Of a DNA stretch of 32,861 nucleotides, positions 1 to 8,910 are shown one piece after another. The notes under the pieces are model-generated. The model worked only from the letters and a program-made list of their open reading frames with translations. It was not told the DNA's origin and searched no databases. A program made the translations under genes and the position numbers. This DNA comes from Vannella sp. (lineage: Eukaryota). How positions within the stretch are numbered: the stretch's first letter is position 1; the number at the start of each line of letters is the position of its first letter. The DNA lies in the NCBI GenBank assembly GCA_023345925.1, contig JAJQQN010000387.1:1-32861 (forward strand), given 5' to 3'.

Positions 1-3000
1 AGAGCTTTCTGGCACACTTTCGATAATCAGTGTAACATTGGTACTTGAGTGCAAATTCCGAGGGATAAACACCCCTCCGACAATACCAGAGGAGTTGGAA
101 AGAAGTATAAACTGGGATTGTCCATTCAGGTCGCGGAGATTAATCGAAAGAGGAAGGTTGCCCGTAGGACTTGATGTTTTGGTAACGCTGTTCGATAGCT
201 CTTCCTTCGGAGATATTGCTCTGCGTGAGCTGAATAGCCCACTTCCTGTACTAGAATTACTGGAAATTATGCTAATTTTTGAAGATTGGCTGACACTGAG
301 CGTCATCAGAGAATAACTGATCGGACCTGTACTAAACTGCCTCGCACTGGTGCCTCCAGGAGTGGATTGGCGTTGAGTCTGACTCGTCCTGTCACTTGGG
401 GCAGGATTTCCACTTGCCGCTGGTGACTCCGAGAAAAATACACTTGAAGAAAGACTGTTACTTTTTGGAAGGCTTGCACTGAGACTGTCTGAAGCAGATA
501 GCGCCATGAATGAGCTCTGACTCCAAGCAGACGAGCTGAAACTCTGGCTTGCGGATAGGCTATTGCTTTCTGAAATGGAGAAAGTAACAGATATACTTGA
601 GCTGGAAGGACTTTCACTTTCTGAAGTGCTGGCACTGGTACTCTTTGAAGAGGAGGGAGTTATGGATGCGCTTGCTCTCTGGCTTGAGTTTACGATCTTG
701 GATGTACTTAGACTACCTGAAACGGACGTGCTAACAAATTGACTGAAGGTGAGGCTGAGGCTTTTGCTTTCTGAATAGCTGGCACTGGGACTCTGAGAAG
801 AAGAGGGAATGATAGATGCACTTGTACTCTTGCTCAAGCTGTCACTTGAACTACTGGAAGTAGATGGACTGCCAGATATGCTATTATTGTGGGCCATGCT
901 TGCACTTGGGCTGCTTGAAGTGGACAGACTAGGTGATGGGCTGTAACTTTGGCTTGAAGAGAGGCTCGTGCTTGAGCTTTCTGAGATAGAGAAACTGATA
1001 GATGCACTAGAGCTTGAGCTTGTGCTCTCGGACGCTGTTGCACTGATAGTCCCTGAAGAAGATATGCTTACAGATTGAGTGGAGGTGAGACTTTCACTTC
1101 CTGAAGTGCTGGTGCTCTTTGAAGAAGAGGGAGTCACGGATCCACTTTCACTCTGGCTGGAGCTTGTACTCTCGGATTTACTTGTACTCCCTGAAGAGGA
1201 TGTGCTAACAGATTGAGTGGAGGAGGGACTTTCACTGTTTGAAGTGCTAGTGCTGGGACTCTTGGACGAGGATATAGTCCTGGATGCACTTGCACTCTGG
1301 CTTGGACTCCCTGAAGAGGATGTGCTGATAGATTGAGTGGAGGTGAGACTTTCACTTTCTGAAGTGCTGGTGCTGGTAGTCTTTGAAGAAGATGGAGTCA
1401 TGGATCCACTTGCACTTTGGCTCGAGCTTGTTGTCTCAGATGTACTTGGACTCCCTGAACCGGACGTGCTAGTAGATGGAGTGGAGGTGAGACTTCCACT
1501 TTCTGAAGTGCTGGCACTGGTAGTCTCTGAAGAGGAGGGAGTCACGGATCCACTTGCACTTTGGCTCGAGCTTGTACTCTCAGATGTACTTGGACTCCTT
1601 GAAGAGGATGTGCTAACAGATTGAGTGGAGGAGGGACTTTCACTGTTTGAAGTGCTGGTGCTGGCACTCCCTGAAGAGGAGGGAGTCACGGATCCACTTG
1701 CACTCTGGCTCGAACTCGTACTCTCGGATTTACTTGGACTCCCTGAGAAAGATATGCTTACGGATCGAGTGGAGGTGAGACTTCCACTTTCTGAAGTGCT
1801 GGTGCTGGTAGTCTTTGAAGAAGATGGAGTCATGGATCCACTTGCGCTTTGGCTCGAGCTTGTTGTCTCAGATGTACTTGGACTCCCTGAAGAGGATATA
1901 GATATACTACTAGATTTGCTGGAGGTGAGACTTCCGCTTTCTGAAGTGCTGCTGCTGGTACTCTTGGAAGAGGAAGGAGTCATGGATGCACTTGCACTCT
2001 GGCTCGGGCTTGTTGTCTCAGAAGTACTTGCACTTCCTGAAGGGGATACACTATTAGATTTTCTGGGAGTGAGACTTCCACTTTCTGAAGTGCTGGCACT
2101 TGGACTCTTGGAAGGGGAGAGAGTCATAGATGTACTTGAAGTTTGGCTCGAGCTTGCACTTAAAGTGCCAGAAACGGAAGGACTGTCAGACATGCTATTA
2201 CTCTGGCTTTCAGACCGACTTGCACTGTTAGCTTCTGAATATGACATGCTGGTTGATTGACTGGAAGTTAGACTTTCACTTTCTGAAGAGGAGGAAGAGA
2301 GAGTCGAACTACACGAGGAAGATACACTGGGACTACCTGAAGGAGATCCAGTGTAAGATAAGCTGGAACTACAGCTGGGTGAGGCGGATTCAGTTGAAGA
2401 CTTGGTTGTAGTCGGTGATGGCGAAAAACTGGTGCTTTGTGTCGTAGAATGACTTGAGGTTTCACTCCTGCTGGAAGTCTCGCTGGGAGTTTTGGTTTCA
2501 GATAATGTTCTAGAGGAGGTGGCACTGAATGATTTGGTTGCGCTGTCACTTGGAGTTAAAGAGGCGCTCGGGGTGTTCGTCAAGCTGCTACTTGGGCTCG
2601 CTGAGGAGGAGGGTGTCCCACTTTTAGAAGGTGTGATACTCGGGCATCCTCCTGTTGTGTTACTACATGTTCCTCCAAAGTATCCTGATGGGATTGGACA
2701 GAGGAACACCTGATTGAGCGAGATAAAGGCATTATTTGGTGGATTCGGAAGTTGGCCACAAAGGCCTGTAGATTCCAGATTGACTGTACTTAAAGAAGTC
2801 AGCTTCGTCCAAGAAGGCAGAGTCCCCGTGATCTGAGGATTAAAACCCAAGTTTCTGAGTCCCCAAACGAACCAGCTCAATCAGACGCAAGTCCTCATCC
2901 GGACGAGACTTACAAGAATGAAAGCTTCGTCAGATTTTGCCACTGGGGAAGTGTTCCGGAGAGCTGGTTGACAGCCAAAACCCTTCTCTCGCCAGGCTTG

Positions 3001-3666
3001 TCAGACAAAAGCCCCATGAGGAAAGTTCTGTTACTCACAAAGACCCCAAGTTCGTTAGGTTAGCCCATCCTGGGAGTGTTCCAGTGATCTGATTGCCTCC
3101 AAACCCCCTGCTCGCATCATCAGAAGAGGTCTGGACCACGAAGTAGACTCTCACATGGTCCCCAGCTTAGTCATGGTGGGCCACAAGGGCAGGCTACCCG
3201 TGAGGGAGTTGTCGTTCACATTGCTGCCAATCAGCAGTGAGAGGTCAGCCTTGACCATCGGTAACCAGGGAGCTTACACGTAAGACAGATTAGTCAGGAG
3301 AGGCCACTCAGGGATCGTCCCATTGATCTTGTTATTGATGAGATTGCTACGCTAGATCCGTCAGTGTCTCTTCCCTTCTCCAACAAGTACGTACAGGAAG
3401 ATGAGGCTTGGAAGCTGTAGATCTGGTAGAGAGCCATTGAGGTTGTTGTTCGGAAGTTCTATCCGTTCCACTCTGCTCTGAGGCGCATCACAGGTGACCC
3501 CGAACCAAGAACAAGGGTTGTTCGAAAGGTTCCACGTGTTTGGAGTCCAGTTGCTGCCAGAAGTAGAGTTGTACAAGGCTAGCAGCGAATCTTTCTGAGG
3601 CAGAGGAAGGACGCAAACAGTGGACACCACAAGGATGAAAAGGAAGGCGTGGCTCTTGCGAAACAT
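1..3666 (-). CDS. Secreted/cell-surface leucine-rich repeat protein with a long Ser/Thr-rich stalk (3'-partial, runs off the window)
   Basis: ATG at 3666 followed by a signal peptide (MFRKSHAFLFILVVSTVCVLP) and a plant-type LRR N-cap (WNLSNNPCSWFGVTC). Exons: 3666-3395, 3346-3278, 3223-3155, 3107-3039, 2982-2914, 2854-<1. Repeats follow LxLxxNxLxGxLPxW. A Cys-rich cap and ~800 aa of S/T/P-rich sequence follow. No stop was found in the last-exon frame down to base 1; it is absent from the ORF track because it never closes. Confidence 0.88.
1077..2200. repeat. Coding tandem repeat, 144-nt (48-aa) unit, about 8 copies, with degenerate copies extending to ~600
   Basis: The anchor GAGTGGAGG or its equivalent lies at 1077, 1215, 1335, 1479, 1623, 1767, 1917 and 2061 (spacings 138, 120, 144, 144, 144, 150, 144). 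The minus-strand unit reads QSVSTSSSRSPSTSESTSSSQSASGSVTPSSSETTSASTSESGSLTST. Confidence 0.9.
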
Positions 3667-3843
3667 CGGAAGATGGACCAAATGGTCCCTTGAAAGACCC
3701 ACAAGACATTTTTATGCATACAAAATTGGACAACAAGTGGGACATAAACAATTACACATTTTTGTTGACATATTACATTGGGTAAAAAGCAATCTCCTCA
3801 TCAACAGGACAGTTCACTTCATCTCTCTCTTCCCCTCCGCATC

Positions 3844-4925
3844 ATGACCGGCATAGGGACAGGAGTAAGGCCCCCAATCACCCCCAACTCCCACCTGACC
3901 CTGCTTCTCAGTATGACCTGTACTCGACAACATTCTCTCCTGAGGGACGCCTTTTTCAGATCGAGTACGCTGGGAAAGCTGCTGATGCCAGTGGGTAAGC
4001 GCGAGTGGGATGATCTCTGCTTCCAGTAGAGTAATACCGGAGCAGGACTGCCATTGGGATCTGTACAAAAGATGGTGTTGTCCTGGGTGTAGAGAAGATC
4101 ATCCGTTCAAAGATGTTGGTCAAAGGTACTGAGAAACGCATATTCACAGCCGCACCGCATGTTGGAGTGGTGGGTCAACCCTTTCTCTCTATCATACATA
4201 ATAACAGGGAGAGTTCCTCTCGTCCAGGCACTAGCAGGACTTCTGGCAGATGGACGACAAATCATTAACACCTGCCGTGAAGAAGCTGTGAGCTACAAAC
4301 GCTTCTATGGACAACCTATTCCCGGGAAGATGCTCAACCAACGGTGAGAATGAAACCTACCATACTTCTGTACTCAGCTAACACCGCGAAGGGTCTCGTC
4401 CTTTATTCAATACTACACCCTCAGCGGAGCTGTTCGTCCTTTTGGTGCATCGTTGATCCTTGGAGCCTACGATAAGAGTGGACCTTCCTTGCACATGATC
4501 GAACCCTCTGGAGTGTCCTACGTGAGTTGAGCAGCAGAGCCCGTTCCCTTCCTTCTCACAAACTATTATTCAGGGTTACCACGCGATTGCTGTTGGTCAG
4601 GGGAAGCAAGTAGCCAAGACAGAGCTTGAGAACCTCAACCTGAAAGAAATGACTGCGAGAGAAGCTGTCATTGAACTGGCCAAGATGTATGCTTGCAAGG
4701 AATGAAACCCCCGATCCTAACCTGGGCTGGGCCTCGTGCAGCATCTACAAGATCCACGATGATGTCAAAGATAAGGAGTTCGAGTTAGAGCTGAGCTGGG
4801 TCTGTGCAGAATCCAATGGAAAGCACCAGTCTGTCCCAGAGGACCTCCTAAGAGAGGCTAACGAAGCAGGAAAGCGTACGATGGAAGCAGAACAGTTCGA
4901 CTCGGACGAGGACATGGACATCTAA
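3844..4925 (+). CDS. PSMA3: 20S proteasome subunit alpha type-3 (alpha7/Pre10)
   Basis: Seven exons splice to MTGIGTG|YDLYSTTFSPEGRLFQIEYA...GLLADGRQI...VRPFG...IHDDVKDKEFELELSWV, ending in the acidic tail DSDEDMDI typical of alpha7. Confidence 0.95.
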
Positions 4926-5032
4926 GATGGTTGGACTCCATCCAAGAGGCTCATCCGATGTCATCAAATACAATAACATGTGTGGCACTCCATCAGATAC
5001 AGTTTGATATTCATTTTGCTTGCTCTCCTTCA

Positions 5033-5875
5033 ATGAGGCTGCTTGTGTGGTGCCTGCTTCTTGGAAGCTTCTTGGTTGCAGGAGAGATCAAACAGATACT
5101 TGTAGAGCACCGGATTGGATCCAAAGGGGACTGGACTGTTCGTGGGTCGTTGTCCTTCCCCAATCACCTTGGAAGTCCGCTCCACCGTGATCAACCGTTG
5201 ATTGACAAGCACGACTTTGAGCAAGTCATTCCTGAGGATTGGTTTGAACAACTCTCAACTGCTGATTCAAGCGAGGTCTACTTCATTAGGGCCCGAGAGG
5301 AGGGATCACACGTTGTAGTGTCCTCTTCTGTACCCATGGTAAGACCATTTGCAGGAATGTTCCTTTTCCTAAGCGTGAGGATCAGCAAGCTCTCCAACAA
5401 GCCCTCTTCCAGGATCAAATCACTCTCTCCCTCTCCACCACGGGGTCCCTGCTTGGCATTCATGAGAGGCCGTTGCTCCTTGGGAGTGCCTCAGATAGCC
5501 AGGCCGCCCTCCCTTTGAGTATGAGAACCATCGTTCAGGTCAGGCTTCCCCGTGTGAACAAGTAAGAAGCCACCGCATATTGGAGCCAACGTTAATGAGG
5601 TGTAGTGCAGCGGGAGGAGGAGAGGATTCGGGTGCCAGCCCAGCCAGTCGACAAAAGGGAAAGGTAGATGTACAAGAGGAGAACGTGGATGCAGAGGAGC
5701 CTCCACCAACAAGTTTCATGTCAAAATACGTAAGATGTCTCCATTCGCCCACCCACAGTTCGCTTACTCAGTCCTCAACGAACAGTGGCCTTACATCTTC
5801 ATTGGGGTGATCGTTATTAATCTCCTTCCGCGCTTGCTTGGCTTGGATCCCGAGCAACCCGTTGGGAGGAGGTAA
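5033..5875 (+). CDS. EMC10: ER membrane protein complex subunit 10-like
   Basis: Four exons. Signal peptide, luminal domain (LVEH...WTVRGSL...YFIRA...VSSSVP), and C-terminal SFMSKY|WPYIFIGVIVINLL resembling the EMC10 SFFAKYWMYI + TM motif. Stop at 5873-5875. Confidence 0.75.
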
Positions 5876-5903
5876 AGAAGGTCGCATCAGCGGTGTTGGA
5901 CAG

Positions 5904-6309
5904 TCAGGAGCTTTCCATGTATTGATGTAGGAGATCCAAGCTTGTAAAATACAGACCCAAGTCCAGACCAGGCATCTTCAGGCAGACACGAGCTCGTAAT
6001 TGAGGACTCTAAACGGGCAATCCTTTGTGAGGGGCAAAAGCAAGCGGGGAGGCGATCACGTACCCTCGTCAGATATTCTATCTCCCCTATAAAAAGATAG
6101 AGGGCTCCATGTTCGTAGGAGAGGCGTGGGTCGCAAAGGGAGAAAGAAACAGACAGCAGGGAACCCTCATGCTCTAACACCAGCAGTTGGGTTGTGGTGT
6201 TCACGCTAGTCACCTTCCCTACCACTCGCACTGATTCACCATTAAGGCGTGTTCCCTGTTGCAGAACCTCCACCAGGCGGAGGGCTTTGGCGCTGCGACA
6301 AGTCGCCAT
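5904..6309 (-). CDS. TEN1: CST complex subunit TEN1 (OB fold), 116 aa
   Basis: Exon 1 (6309-6064) has GESVRVVGK...GALYLFIGEI. After a 55-nt intron (6063-6009), exon 2 reads SPQLRARVCLKMPGLDLGLY..., restoring the TEN1 L-x-ARV...G(L/M)D-L-x-LY motif. Confidence 0.8.
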
Positions 6310-6349
6310 CAGGCCAACAATGAGTTGGTGGGAAAAGCACCTTTATCAG

Positions 6350-6361
6350 CCAATAGATTGG
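6350..6361. promoter_or_regulatory. Inverted CCAAT-box pair (CCAAT-AG-ATTGG) in a divergent promoter
   Basis: It lies near the middle of the 102-bp gap between the TEN1 ATG (6309, -) and the VOC ATG (6412, +). Function is inferred from position only. Confidence 0.35.
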
Positions 6362-6411
6362 TTTGGCCACCTTGTTGGTTTCATTCTTTTCTGCTCGCGT
6401 TGGAAGGCGAC

Positions 6412-6943
6412 ATGTTTTGGGTCTCTCTTCGACGAACCAGCTCCCTCATCCTTCAACCTTTCCACTTAGCCATCCCAGTGACCAACCTGGAGAGGGCCAG
6501 GCAGTTCTATGGAGAAACTCTCCAATTGAGGGAGGGGCGGAGTGACCCTGTGTGGCAGGATTACGACTTCTTTGGGCACCAACTCGTTCTACACAAAGTC
6601 GAGGAGAATCCTCGCACAGTGGAGCCACAAAAACCCTCCCATAACGAAGTGGGTAAGGCGATCTTGCTCATCCGTTGATCAACCGAACTGAACCGACCGG
6701 TTAGATGGAGAGCACGTTCCCATTCCCCATTTTGGAGTGTGCCTCACAGTGGACCAGTTTCATGAGCTGAGCCACTCTTTGGAGGAAAAGAATGTCTGCT
6801 TTATCATCAAACCGCACTTGCGTTTCGAAGGGACTGCGGGGGAACAATGGACAATGTTCTTTCAGGACCCTTTCAACAATAACTTGGAGTTCAAAGCGAT
6901 GACGAATCCCGCCAATCTCTTCACAAAGCAACCTGAAAAGTAG
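6412..6943 (+). CDS. VOC/glyoxalase-like protein (COG3565-type predicted extradiol dioxygenase family)
   Basis: PFHLAIPV...ARQFYG...EGRS...DYDFFGHQLVLH, then intron 6653-6704, then DGEHVPIPHFGV...PHLRFEGTAGEQWTMFFQDPFNNNLEFKAM. Confidence 0.88.
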
Positions 6944-6962
6944 GTTGCCGCTACTGGTGATT

Positions 6963-8759
6963 CTAGGTGGCCTTCTTCTTGTTCTTCCTCTTGAATTGGG
7001 GTTGCTGCTTGGGGATTGTCGTTCGCAGATTCATCCAGAGGAGATAATCGAGATAAATCTTAATTATCAGGAATATTCCAGCACACCCTGCCATGGCCAG
7101 GAGGGTAAGAAGGTCTGGAAGAGAAGAAGGGGCTGGAAGAAGAATGAAAGCGATGTGACTCAGGAGCATCATTCCCAAAAAGAGCAAAAGAGCAAACTGG
7201 GATTTTTCGTTCTTTGACAGTGGCATTGTTACCCCATATTGAAGAATCATTGCGATGTAAGGTATGGTCAATCCTTCTCGGAAGAGAAGGGGGAACATAC
7301 TAGAAACATTAATCAACGCTCTCTCTTGATGAGACAGGTGAATTCATACCTGGCCATTCCAGTTAATGTAGCTATTGAGGTTAGAGTAGGAAAGTCGTTT
7401 TGCAGGAGAGCTAGAGGTAGCAAAGGAAACAGAATTGTCTTCTCGTGGACGTGATAGGAGAATAGAAAGTAGGAAAGGGAGGATGAAGATAGGCATAATA
7501 GGAGCCTCTTTCTAGTGGGCAATCGAATGATAGCCCAAAGAGGGATCACCAAAGAAATGACTGTACTAACAAGACTGGGCTTGTCAGTCATGCAATAGAA
7601 GTTTACGGAGGTTGTCCGTACCAAACTCGAACAGCACTCTGAAGACCCCAGTCTTTGAGCTTAAAGAAAGGAGATATGGCGCACCAAAAATTGGCCACCT
7701 TATCTTCATAAAGACCTCGGTTGACTGGGAAGCACCGTTGAAGCACTTGCAGAGCGATTTTCCAGTCAAAGAGAAAAGGTGACCAGCAAAGGAGTGAAAC
7801 AAGAACGGCAGTTGCAACGACACCTACAAATCTCACTACTGTACTTCTAGATATGATGGGATAAGTTATCCACCAAATCTTTCAGTTTGGTCTTCACTAA
7901 CCTGACGGAAGTCTTCAGCTGGATTGCAATGCAGTAGGCTAAAAAAGCGGGTGCAAAGTACAGTGAGATCACTTTGAAGTGAACTGCTAAAGAAAAGAAG
8001 AATCTGAAAGTGAGATTAGTTCCACCATCTTTTCAATGTCAAGTGAACATCAACGGACACTGCGCGGAGAAAATGGTTGCGCATACTGAATGACATCGAT
8101 AGGAGACAAAACCCTAAACTGACGCCATTGTACTGAAAGTGACCGTGGTCAATCAGAAGGAGAGCTGGGTGGAATAGCAAGTGACTCATCCGAGTCCACT
8201 ACTTTCGTCAGGTTCAAGAAATAGAAGCCTCCCTTCTACCAACCTTGTCAGAGAGCCCTTTACTCTCGTAGGTATGAACGAACAAAATCACAGCAGGAAG
8301 GAAGACCGCTGCATCAGACACAATAACGGTCCAACGCATTACCAGTTTCGAGCCAGGACTCTCATATCCACGCGACACAGTCAATTCTACACTCTGAGGC
8401 TCAAACCAACCCATTCTTCAAAGCCTTTGAGAGGGAGAGGAGCGAGACGGACGAGAATACTCACATTGTACCCATTACCATGCTGTGGTACGCGGAGAGG
8501 GGAGGGTAGTCCAGACCCCAATACAAGAGGTCATTACTGGTTGTGTTTTGGTACCACTCGTGCAAAGGAAGGTTGGTCGTGATCTCCATCCAATGGCGCT
8601 GCGCTTCGTAGTCCCCGTACATTGGAGGAGCGCCTTGCCCTGAACGATGGTGGGCACAAAGAAGGCGAGACATCACTACTACTCACCAGAGTGTGGGAAG
8701 GCGCCAATCAGCAAGCGAATCGCAAGAAAAGCCACGAAAAGTGCCAAGACTCGCGCCAT
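6963..8759 (-). CDS. ALG6: Dolichyl-P-Glc:Man9GlcNAc2-PP-dolichol alpha-1,3-glucosyltransferase
   Basis: Multi-exon. [12 protein letters not shown]...[23 protein letters not shown]...[47 protein letters not shown], and a C-terminal KKAT ER-retrieval motif. Confidence 0.95.
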
Positions 8760-8910
8760 CGCCCCCAAGAAAGGAAGGAAGATGAAGGAAATGAGAAAAA
8801 GGATAACAAATGGGAATAATGGAAATCAGGGAGAGAAAGTGAATTTTCCCAATTTCGGATAAACGGGCGGTTTCAGTCATTTCCTTCCTGCTGGCCCTCC
8901 TCGGCGTCTT

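Noticed and set aside
1077..2200. Repeat array as a CRISPR or satellite
   Set aside because: There are no unique spacers or cas genes, and all length changes preserve a coding frame.
1337..2260. Plus-strand Leu/Val/Glu-rich ORFs (95 and 211 aa)
   Set aside because: They are antisense shadows of the Ser-rich repeat. The minus frame is continuous with the LRR exons and signal peptide.
4931..5032. N-terminal extension of the 195-aa ORF
   Set aside because: It starts at TTG, whereas the ATG at 5033 begins a clear signal peptide.
5887..6063. C-terminus of the 140-aa ORF as translated in the track
   Set aside because: It reads through an intron. Splicing 6063-6009 restores the TEN1 motif and ends at 5904.
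8760..8880. ATG at 8880 as the ALG6 start
   Set aside because: That frame stops at 8683. The ATG at 8759 is in the frame that splices to [10 protein letters not shown].
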